A stretch of 33,986 nucleotides of DNA from a virus: IMG/VR virus record IMGVR_UViG_3300043399_000528, positions 1 through 33,986 of that record; one strand, given 5' to 3'. This document shows positions 8,389-14,782 of this stretch, piece by piece (position 1 is the first letter of the stretch; each line of letters begins with the position of its first letter). The notes under the pieces are model-generated. The model was not told the DNA's origin. It worked only from the letters and a program-made list of their open reading frames with translations, and did no database searches. The translations under genes were made by a program, and so were the position numbers.

Positions 8389-8417
8389 GGTTGGTGCGTG
8401 TTGCGGGGTGGAGCTAT

Positions 8418-9050
8418 TCAGGGAAAGGGGTCCAGATCGCAAGCTGATTTGACAGCGTGCCAGATTCCCGGAGCTGGCCCGGGGTGCGGGATCGAGAAGC
8501 ACTCGACGCGGCGGAACGCCGGCGCATGTGCGACCCGGAAGCCGAGGAACCGGGCGAGCGTCGGCAGGCGCAGCTCGCAGAAAATGTCGGCGGCGAAGAT
8601 GTCGTCAAACTCAGGCGAGGCAATGGCGTCGAGGCACGGCCGGGAGGCGATCAGCGCCCCGAGCGGTCGGAGGCTGGTTGCAAATGGTCTCAGCGACTCC
8701 GGCAGCCGCTCGACCTCGCGGAACCACACCCAGCCGGGGTCATGGTCGACCGGTGCGACGATGCGCCCGACGAGGCCGGTGAACGGCGGCATGATCCCGG
8801 CGAGCGGCGCGTTGCAAAGAACGTCCCATTCGAGGAACGCGACGGATGGAGCCTGCACGCTGTCCCGGTTGGCTCGCCACCAGTCGCGGATTGCCCGGTC
8901 GCAGTTGCGCCAGAGAGCTTGGCGCTCGGCCTCGGTGGTGCCATGCCGACCTTTGTTGACGTGGACCTTCAGGCCGGGATTACTCGCCCTCAGCGCGTCG
9001 ACGTGCGGCGTGCCGAATCGCTCGGTGGTCATGATGACCGATTCAGTCAT
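8418..9050 (-). CDS. Hypothetical protein, 210 aa
   Basis: Start MTESVIMTTERF at 9050 overlaps the upstream stop by 8 nt. No motif recognised. Confidence 0.55.
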   Translation of the reverse strand: MTESVIMTTERFGTPHVDALRASNPGLKVHVNKGRHGTTEAERQALWRNCDRAIRDWWRANRDSVQAPSVAFLEWDVLCNAPLAGIMPPFTGLVGRIVAPVDHDPGWVWFREVERLPESLRPFATSLRPLGALIASRPCLDAIASPEFDDIFAADIFCELRLPTLARFLGFRVAHAPAFRRVECFSIPHPGPAPGIWHAVKSACDLDPFP

Positions 9051-9243
9051 TGGTCTCCTTGTTGTCCGCCGCATGGAAGGCTTCGAGCGCGTCGCGGATC
9101 AATTCCGCCTTGCGCTTGCACGATGTCAGACAGACGCGGCTGCGATCTCGGCTGTCTCCGACTTCCCACTCGTGCCACTCTTGAATCTTTATGAGTGAGC
9201 CGAGCAGGGTGCCGGGTTGGGCGATAAAAAAGCGTGGTTTCAT
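9043..9243 (-). CDS. Hypothetical protein, 66 aa
   Basis: ATGA overlap with the upstream gene at 9240-9243. Leader is gagaccaaaccATG. Confidence 0.5.
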   Translation of the reverse strand: MKPRFFIAQPGTLLGSLIKIQEWHEWEVGDSRDRSRVCLTSCKRKAELIRDALEAFHAADNKETND

Positions 9244-9437
9244 GGTTTGGTCTCATCAATTCCAATGTCCCAGCCCGCCTCGTAGGCATACCATCGAAGG
9301 CTTCGGGCTGGGTAGGTGTTGCGCCACTGGTCATTCCGCCCCGCCTCGATGCCCTCCTTGAAGATCGGCAGGAGCTTCGGCCAATGCGGGCCGCGCTGCA
9401 TTTCGCGGAGTTCAGGCGGGCGGGGTGGTTGTGGCAT
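9240..9437 (-). CDS. Hypothetical protein, 65 aa
   Basis: Tightly packed between the VRR-NUC gene (stop 9440) and the next gene. Confidence 0.5.
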   Translation of the reverse strand: MPQPPRPPELREMQRGPHWPKLLPIFKEGIEAGRNDQWRNTYPARSLRWYAYEAGWDIGIDETKP

Positions 9438-9439
9438 TT

Positions 9440-9793
9440 TCAGGCGATGGTCGGCTCGGTGATCGCGAGAGCATCCTCCACGGATCTCGCGACGCCTGCA
9501 AGCCCACCGTCGAGGCGGACGCGCTCAATGAAGTTCCGTTGTTGGTCGGTCACTCGCGTGCGCTCGCCCTTCACCTCGATGGCGAGGAAGACGGCGAGCT
9601 TCTGTCCGACCATCTCCGGGGTGACGGTGACACTCTTCCAGCCGATCAGGTCGGAGCCGCCGGGGTTGGCGACGCCGTAGCGGATGAGGCGGCCGTCGGC
9701 GTCCTTGAGCGCTCCGCAGTTGTTGCGAAACAGGCGCACGCCGGGCGTGGACAGGCCGATCATAATGGCCCGAAGGCGGTTCATTTCGTTCAT
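9440..9793 (-). CDS. VRR-NUC domain nuclease (PD-(D/E)XK, resolvase-like)
   Basis: GGSDLIGW...VFLAIEVKGE...QQRNFIERV core in 117 aa. ATGA overlap at 9793. Confidence 0.75.
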   Translation of the reverse strand: MNEMNRLRAIMIGLSTPGVRLFRNNCGALKDADGRLIRYGVANPGGSDLIGWKSVTVTPEMVGQKLAVFLAIEVKGERTRVTDQQRNFIERVRLDGGLAGVARSVEDALAITEPTIA

Positions 9794-10455
9794 CAGAATA
9801 GGTCGGGTTCAGGTGTTGGTTGAACGGGTTGTGGATCCTCGGCAACCGGCGGGTTGGCGATCTGCTCGCAGACTTCCATCGCGTAGCCGCTGAGTTCGTG
9901 GATAAGTTCGGCGAGGGTTTGGCCGGGATCGGGTTGGAGGTTGGCGATGGTTTCGAAGACCGCGCTGCGGTTGTAAAGACCCGCCAGCCATGATTGGAAT
10001 GATGATCCATCTTCTCGGGTGAAGCATTTCCGACGGCCTTTTCGGCGTTTTTTGTCTGCTATCAACTCCTTGTTAGCTTCGCGGTATTGGCGCTTCCGCT
10101 CCGCTATCTTCTCCTTGTTGGCTTCGCGGTATTGACGCACTCGCTCCGCCTCCTTCTCCTTGTTGGCTTCGCGGTATTGGCGCATTCGCTCTGACTCATC
10201 CTCTTTATTGGCTTCGCGGTATTTGCGCTTCCACTTCGCCTCCTTCTCCTTGTTGGCTTCGCGGTATTGGCGCATTCGCTCTGACTCATCCTCTTTATTG
10301 GCTTCGCGGTATTTGCGCTTCCACTTCGCCACATTCTCCTTGTTGGCTTCGCGGTATTGACGCACTCGCTCCGCCTCCTTCTCCTTGTTGGCTTCGCGGT
10401 ATTGGCGCATTCGCTCAGCATTCCGCGCCCTCCTCTCCTCCGGTGTCATGCTCAT
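9793..10455 (-). CDS. Tandem-repeat basic/acidic helical protein (8 x 15-aa RQYREANKEKEAERV units) with a unique C-terminal domain
   Basis: 220-aa ORF. Residues 17-136 are eight 15-residue repeats. ATGA overlap with the helicase stop at 10452-10455. Confidence 0.7.
   Translation of the reverse strand: MSMTPEERRARNAERMRQYREANKEKEAERVRQYREANKENVAKWKRKYREANKEDESERMRQYREANKEKEAKWKRKYREANKEDESERMRQYREANKEKEAERVRQYREANKEKIAERKRQYREANKELIADKKRRKGRRKCFTREDGSSFQSWLAGLYNRSAVFETIANLQPDPGQTLAELIHELSGYAMEVCEQIANPPVAEDPQPVQPTPEPDLF
10048..10407. repeat. 8 x 45-bp in-frame tandem repeat
   Basis: The core gcttcgcggtatt recurs at 10076, 10121, 10166, 10211, 10256, 10301, 10346 and 10391, with an exact 45-bp period. 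A near-identical 90-bp super-unit occurs at 10166-10255 and 10256-10345. Confidence 0.9.
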
Positions 10456-11831
10456 CGCATCACCCCCTTTCGCGAGTTCCAGACGTGCTTGGCCCAGACT
10501 TCCGGCGAGCGGTAGCCACGGGCGCGTCCGAGCGCGATCAAGTCGTCGAGCGTCTGCGCCGATCCCTGCTCTTTCCGCCGCTGCCGAGCCACCTCCTTCG
10601 GGTCGATCTCGACCAGCTCGCCGTCGGTCTGCTGGATGTCCCTTTCCCGGCGCGGGTATTCAAACCCGCACTCCGGGCAGACCGGGGCCGGTGGATGGCA
10701 GCAGAAGCACTCCTCGCACTGGCGCTGCTGGATATCGTCTTCGTCCGTCGCCTTGCGCTTCTTCTTCTTCCGGCCCTCCAACGTCCAGTCGCGGACGTCC
10801 TCGGCGAAGCCGTGCCGCGCGAGATTGCCGACGTGGTCAAGGATGACCGCCCGGGTCTTCCCCGGGGCCGGCCGGAGCACCCGCCCGACCTGCTGGAGGT
10901 GAAGCCCAAGGCTCATCGTCGGACGGAGCAGGATCGCAGCCGTCACGAGCGGAAGGTCGAAGCCCTCGTTGATGATCTCGCAGGAAGTCAGGACGTGAAG
11001 CCGGCCATCGCCGAGCGCTTTCACCACATCGCGGCGCGCCTCCCGGTCCATGTTGCCGTCGATCGTCGCAGCGCGAAACCCGGCCGCGTTGAACTGGTCG
11101 GCGACGTGCTGCGCGTGCTTGACCGATGCGCAAAACGCGACCGCCGGCGCGCCGTGGCAGATGCGGGCGTAGTGCTCGACCGCGTCGCCCGTGATGCTGG
11201 CCTTGTCCATCATTTCGGCCACGGCCTCTTGGGCGAAGTCCCCGCCCCGGGTCTTAATGCCGGACAGGTCGGCGACCTGCGGCGGTGCGTAGTAGACCGG
11301 TGGCGCGAGGTGGCCGCCCCGGATCAGGTCAGCCACTTCCGGCCCCCGGATCAGGTCGTCGAACACCTCCTTGAGGCCTCGACCGTCAAGCCGTTCCGGC
11401 GTCGCCGTCACACCGAGGACGCGAGCTTGCGGGTGGTGCTCGATGACTTTCCGCCACGAACCGGCCGTCGCGTGGTGCGCTTCGTCGGCGATGATCAGCG
11501 CTGGGCGGAACACGTCCAGCCGCCGGACGTAGGTCTGGACGCTGGCCACCTGCACCGGCAGCGACCGGTCGGGCGTCCGCCCGGCGGCGATAACCCCGTG
11601 GTCGACGCCGAACGCGGCGAGTGTCCGGCACGTCTGGTCGACCAGCTCCTGCCGGTGAACGAGGATGACGACGCCGTTGCCTTTGGCGCTGGTGCCTTGC
11701 GCGATGTAGGCGAACAGGACGGTCTTGCCCGATCCGGTCGGCGAAACGACGAGCGGAGCACGCTTGCCGGCGCGGTAGGAGTTCCGTACGCCGTCGACGA
11801 GGTCGAGCTGGTAGTCGCGGAGGCGGATCAT
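10452..11831 (-). CDS. SF2 DEAD/DEAH-box DNA helicase with C-terminal zinc ribbon
   Basis: Motif I SPTGSGKT, motif II IIADEAHH, motif III GVTATP. C-terminal CEECFCCHPPAPVCPECG. The start MIRLRDYQ at 11831 forms an ATGA overlap with the upstream stop. Confidence 0.9.
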   Translation of the reverse strand: MIRLRDYQLDLVDGVRNSYRAGKRAPLVVSPTGSGKTVLFAYIAQGTSAKGNGVVILVHRQELVDQTCRTLAAFGVDHGVIAAGRTPDRSLPVQVASVQTYVRRLDVFRPALIIADEAHHATAGSWRKVIEHHPQARVLGVTATPERLDGRGLKEVFDDLIRGPEVADLIRGGHLAPPVYYAPPQVADLSGIKTRGGDFAQEAVAEMMDKASITGDAVEHYARICHGAPAVAFCASVKHAQHVADQFNAAGFRAATIDGNMDREARRDVVKALGDGRLHVLTSCEIINEGFDLPLVTAAILLRPTMSLGLHLQQVGRVLRPAPGKTRAVILDHVGNLARHGFAEDVRDWTLEGRKKKKRKATDEDDIQQRQCEECFCCHPPAPVCPECGFEYPRRERDIQQTDGELVEIDPKEVARQRRKEQGSAQTLDDLIALGRARGYRSPEVWAKHVWNSRKGVMR

Positions 11832-12019
11832 GGTTCGATGAGGTGTTCGCATTCAAAGGCGATGACCGGCGGCGGCGTGATCATCACAACTCGTTCCGGG
11901 CGCGGCGCGGTGCGGCGAAAGCAGTTTTCACAGCCTTCGCGCCAGTACGATTTGTCGTCGGCCTCAACAGTTCTGAACCCGTCACAGCGTGCGATGTCGT
12001 TTGCAAGACGGTGGATCAT
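11828..12019 (-). CDS. Small Cys-containing hypothetical protein, 63 aa
   Basis: Its ATG at 12019 overlaps (ATGA) the stop of the start-less coiled-coil frame upstream. Confidence 0.55.
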   Translation of the reverse strand: MIHRLANDIARCDGFRTVEADDKSYWREGCENCFRRTAPRPERVVMITPPPVIAFECEHLIEP

Positions 12020-12312
12020 CGCGCGCCTCCTTCCAGCGCGGCGAGGGCATGCTCAATGATTTCCTGAGCGCGCCCGGGGATCGTCATCCGGTAAATCCGC
12101 CGCAGCGCAGCCGCCAGCCGGTCCCGCTGCTTCCGCGCCTCGGCCAAATCCGCCCGCAGATCGTCGGCCAAATCCGCCAGCTTGGAAGACCACGCCCGCG
12201 CATCGTTGCGCTCATGCAGCGCCCGGATCGTGTCGGCCTCGGCCTGTTTCCGGTCGCTCTCGGCGTTGTCCCGCTCGCGGAGGGCGTCGGCGAGTTCGCG
12301 GGCGAGGCCTGG
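12016..12312 (-). pseudogene. Start-less coiled-coil reading frame: probable C-terminal half of the 12602 gene, displaced by a 1-nt frameshift
   Basis: Hand translation gives PGLARELADALRERDNAESDRKQAEADTIRALHERNDARAWSSKLADLADDLRADLAEARKQRDRLAAALRRIYRMTIPGRAQEIIEHALAALEGGAR*. There is no ATG or GTG before the last ~25 codons. The stop overlaps the next ATG (ATGA). Confidence 0.55.
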
Positions 12313-12602
12313 TCACCATCCCGTCCATCGAGCTCGCCGTCACCAGCGAGCCGCCAGAGCGCGTTCCGCAGGCGGACCAGCCCGATCCGCCCCGCATTCT
12401 CGCGGGTCGGGGCCATCCCCTCGAAGGGGCCGCCGAAGCCGCAGGTCGCCAGCTGGTAGCCATACGAATACTGCCAGACCGCGCCCTCCGGCCGGACCAA
12501 CACTTCGAGGACGTTCCACGCCAGCGTCGGGTGCTTCACGCGGAAGTAGAAGTCCTCGCCCGCTTGCTGGACCGCCCTGAGTTGAGGGGTAAACGTCGTC
12601 AT
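12084..12602 (-). CDS. Hypothetical protein; only the N-terminal ~95 aa look genuine, the rest is probably out of frame (see 12016..12312)
   Basis: MTTFTPQLRAVQQAGEDFYFRVKHPTLAWNVLEVLVRPEGAVWQYSYGYQ... is protein-like up to ...DGDQ. After that it becomes R/P/S/T/G-rich junk. Confidence 0.5.
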   Translation of the reverse strand: MTTFTPQLRAVQQAGEDFYFRVKHPTLAWNVLEVLVRPEGAVWQYSYGYQLATCGFGGPFEGMAPTRENAGRIGLVRLRNALWRLAGDGELDGRDGDQASPANSPTPSASGTTPRATGNRPRPTRSGRCMSATMRGRGLPSWRIWPTICGRIWPRRGSSGTGWRLRCGGFTG

Positions 12603-13063
12603 GCCGCCTCTCCTTTCCTTTGCTCGTTTTCGCAGCGGAAAAAGAGGCCCCTCGAAAGCTCGGAAAGCATCCGCCCGATAGGAAGGCCGGCCAGTGGCGC
12701 TTCGACTTCGCGGTTGAGGAATGCAGCCGCGGCAGCGGCGTAGCGGCGGCTTCCCAAAACAACGATCCGGTCAGCGCTCAGGAGGCGTCCGTATTGCCGG
12801 TCGGTCAGGAGGTTAAAGGGCTCCCACGTGCCAGGATCGATTTTGGCTGGCATCTTGGCGTCATAGTCTTCGATCCACGTCGTAGGCCAAAGAAAGCCAA
12901 GACCGCCCGACAGGATGCACCATTTATGGCGACCCAGTTCGAGGTGTCGGCGCGCCATGCGGAACGCCTGACCGGCGTAAGCATCGCGAGCCGGCATAGG
13001 GCCAGCGGCAAGGGTGCGGGCCTTGGTCGCGGAGCATGGCAAAATGTAGAGGGTCACGCTCAC
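12599..13063 (-). CDS. Hypothetical protein (DUF6884-like by recollection)
   Basis: TLYILPCSATKAR...PARDAYAGQAF...KWCILSGGLGFLWPTTWIEDYDAKM. GTG 13063 forms a GTGA overlap with the upstream stop, and there is an ATGA overlap at 12599-12602. Confidence 0.5.
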   Translation of the reverse strand: MSVTLYILPCSATKARTLAAGPMPARDAYAGQAFRMARRHLELGRHKWCILSGGLGFLWPTTWIEDYDAKMPAKIDPGTWEPFNLLTDRQYGRLLSADRIVVLGSRRYAAAAAAFLNREVEAPLAGLPIGRMLSELSRGLFFRCENEQRKGEAA

Positions 13064-13221
13064 TTCGCCCCCCTTTCCCAAGGCTCGCGGAATGGCAGGC
13101 CCACGAACTCGAAGACCTCCGCCTCGCCCGGCGTCGGCGCTACCGCGTCCAGCTCGCGAGCCATTGCGGCCCGTTCCTCCACGGTCGGCGGGTCGCCTTC
13201 GAGGTTGTTCGGGTCACTCAT
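13060..13221 (-). CDS. Hypothetical acidic protein, 53 aa
   Basis: MSDPNNLEGDPPTVEERAAMARELD... ATGA overlap at 13218-13221. Confidence 0.45.
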   Translation of the reverse strand: MSDPNNLEGDPPTVEERAAMARELDAVAPTPGEAEVFEFVGLPFREPWERGAK

Positions 13222-13418
13222 GCGCCCTCCTTTCTGGCGGCGAGCATTTGATCCGCTTGGTTGTAAGCCTCCTCGGCAACTCCATCGCATACGCCATAAG
13301 CAAGAATTCCCTGCAAAGCCGCTGCCGCGAAGTAGTCGCGGAGGGTCATGCCGCCGGTGTAGTTGTGTTGGCCGCCGTCTGGGAAAGCCGGTCCTCCGTT
13401 GTCGATTTGTTTACTCAT
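13218..13418 (-). CDS. Hypothetical protein, 66 aa (GGPAFP...GMTLRDYFAAAALQG motif)
   Basis: ATGA overlap at 13415-13418. I recall this motif from small conserved phage proteins, but that is unverified. Confidence 0.5.
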   Translation of the reverse strand: MSKQIDNGGPAFPDGGQHNYTGGMTLRDYFAAAALQGILAYGVCDGVAEEAYNQADQMLAARKEGA

Positions 13419-13597
13419 GGCCGCAGGTGGGTTTCGTTGATGACTCGGATGATCCGCGCGACGCTCGACGCCCGAGGGGCGAAGCGTCCCGTCTTCCAGC
13501 GCCACCACGTGGCGCGGCTGATGCCGGCGAGGGTGAGGACGCCGGTGATGCTGAGGCCGATTTCCTCGGCCTTCTTTTCGATTTCGGTGGTTGTCAT
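13415..13597 (-). CDS. Small HTH DNA-binding protein, 60 aa
   Basis: MTTTEIEKKAEEIGLSITGVLTLAGISRATWWRWKTGRF has an HTH signature. Leader is caccctctcaaccaATG. Confidence 0.6.
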   Translation of the reverse strand: MTTTEIEKKAEEIGLSITGVLTLAGISRATWWRWKTGRFAPRASSVARIIRVINETHLRP

Positions 13598-13628
13598 TGG
13601 TTGAGAGGGTGCGCGGCCCCCGAGAGGA

Positions 13629-13892
13629 TCAGGCAAGGACAGCGGCAAGCACTCTCGCGAAACGATCCGGCGCGTCGTCACCGGCTGGCATTTCGGCGAT
13701 TTTCGCGAGGATCGGGAGCGCTTTGGCTTGGTCGGCGAGGACCGCTTTGTGCTCGGTGGTCATATCGTCGGCGAGCGACTGGAGGAGGACGGCGGCGGCG
13801 GCTTGCTCGGCGGTCATGCCGCAGCGAGCGGCCATGGCGGCATACTTTGCTTGTCCGTCGAGGCCGAATTGGAGTTGGGCGATGGTCTTCAT
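13629..13892 (-). CDS. Hypothetical protein, 87 aa (first gene after promoter module P2)
   Basis: Clean ORF with leader caccaaccaaccaATG. Confidence 0.6.
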   Translation of the reverse strand: MKTIAQLQFGLDGQAKYAAMAARCGMTAEQAAAAVLLQSLADDMTTEHKAVLADQAKALPILAKIAEMPAGDDAPDRFARVLAAVLA

Positions 13893-13923
13893 TGGTTGGT
13901 TGGTGGTGTCGGTTGACGTGCGA

Positions 13924-13951
13924 AACCTAGCCGACGGTTTCAGGAGTGCAA
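13924..13951 (-). promoter_or_regulatory. Promoter/operator module P2
   Basis: Minus strand reads cttGTTGCACtcctgaaaccgtcggcTAGGTT, that is TTGCAC, a 16-nt spacer, then TAGGTT. It lies immediately after a terminator T-tract. Confidence 0.4.
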
Positions 13952-13989
13952 CAAGAAAAAGCCCGCCCGCGAAAAAATCACGGACGGGC
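13951..13989 (-). terminator. Intrinsic terminator after the DUF3307 gene
   Basis: Minus strand reads GCCCGTCCG-tgattttttcg-CGGGCGGGC followed by TTTTTCTTGTT. Confidence 0.6.
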
Positions 13990-14046
13990 CGAACGGTCGC
14001 CGCACCCGACCGCTATCGCGGCGAGTGGGCAGGGGTGTTCCAGCAA

Positions 14047-14421
14047 TCAGAGCCAGCGGAGAGCCGCATAGTTGATGGCGAGGTGAAGGGTGTTGTCGGC
14101 AGCGATCAGGAGCCATACAGCGAGCCACGCGGGATCGTCCTTGTGGTAGCCGGTGCCGCTCGCGTCCGCCCACTTCAGGGACGGATTCGTTGTCCAGTTC
14201 TTTGCATAGACCACGAAGCGGGCGAGCCGGAATCGGTCGATCAGGAAGTGGGTGCCGAGGATCACCGCGAAGGCAGTCCATGACGGTTTCAAGAGCAGGA
14301 ACGGCAGCGAGTAGATCAGCGCGTGAGAGCCCGCCGCGAGGCTGTTCTTGGTCTTGTTCTTCGCCATCCAGTCGGTTTGGGTGATGTAGTCGCCCACGAG
14401 GTGGAGTATCAGTTGGATCAT
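14047..14421 (-). CDS. DUF3307-like integral membrane protein
   Basis: MIQLILHLVGDYITQTDWMA...SHALIYSLPFLLL...THFLIDRFRLARF has several hydrophobic segments. ATG 14421 is preferred over the basic N-terminal extension to 14586. Confidence 0.6.
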   Translation of the reverse strand: MIQLILHLVGDYITQTDWMAKNKTKNSLAAGSHALIYSLPFLLLKPSWTAFAVILGTHFLIDRFRLARFVVYAKNWTTNPSLKWADASGTGYHKDDPAWLAVWLLIAADNTLHLAINYAALRWL

Positions 14422-14434
14422 GGTCGTGTTGGTT

Positions 14435-14740
14435 TCAGGCTGCGTCCCACTTCGCTTTGTATTCCGCGATTGCGGTGTGAGCTTCGAGACATGAGATTTC
14501 GCCGATGGCGTTGTTGCACGCTTGAGCGAAGGCGCGGGGCGATCCATGCTTTGCTTTGAGAGCTTCTTGCCCTGGCGTTTCCGCATCGCACGGCATGGAG
14601 GCTATCAGGTCGCCATTGTCGGCGCGGATTTGGTCGATCATGTCGGCCATCTGCTTATGGAGTTCTTGCTGATTCATCGCTTTCAGGTAGTTCGGGCAAG
14701 GTGGAACAAGTCGGCGCACGGAACGGCGATCAGCCGTCAT
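14435..14740 (-). CDS. Hypothetical protein (101 aa; alternative start 14677 gives 80 aa)
   Basis: The ORF is clean from MNQQELHKQMADMIDQIRADNG... onward. The first 21 residues are Arg/Pro-rich, so the start is uncertain. Confidence 0.5.
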   Translation of the reverse strand: MTADRRSVRRLVPPCPNYLKAMNQQELHKQMADMIDQIRADNGDLIASMPCDAETPGQEALKAKHGSPRAFAQACNNAIGEISCLEAHTAIAEYKAKWDAA

Positions 14741-14782
14741 CTTGAGTTCCAGCCACGGCGCGCCGTCCGTGGCCTTCGGCGT

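Noticed and set aside
5731-8502. Internal alternative-frame ORFs inside the primase-helicase (e.g. 6722..7498, 5687..6367) and the 38-codon N-terminal extension to 8502
   Set aside because: Their translations are Arg/Pro/Gly-rich, and they overlap a frame that carries Toprim and P-loop motifs. ATG 8388 has the characteristic CCAACC leader.
10048-10407. Regularly spaced 45-bp repeats as a possible CRISPR array
   Set aside because: The repeats are contiguous, with no unique spacers. They are in frame within a continuous ORF, encode a sensible 15-aa protein repeat, and no cas genes are present.
10443-12059. 538-aa plus-strand ORF, and similar long plus-strand ORFs at 24729..26138, 30652..32115, 12620..13930, 3577..4428, 15916..16836
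   Set aside because: They lie antisense to genes with clear motifs (helicase, tape measure, capsid and others). Their translations are Arg/Gly/Pro-rich with no motifs. Long stop-free antisense frames are expected in GC-rich DNA.
12084-12310. Programmed -1 ribosomal frameshift as the explanation for the frame switch in the 12602 gene
   Set aside because: This is not rejected outright, but no slippery heptamer or obvious downstream pseudoknot is visible near 12295-12312. An indel, either real or an assembly error, is the simpler explanation.
14752-14773. 7-bp GC hairpin (GCCACGG-N8-CCGTGGC) between the SSB-tip gene and the next gene, considered as a terminator
   Set aside because: No T-tract follows it on the coding (minus) strand. 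It is more likely an mRNA structure or a chance palindrome, so it is not annotated as a terminator.
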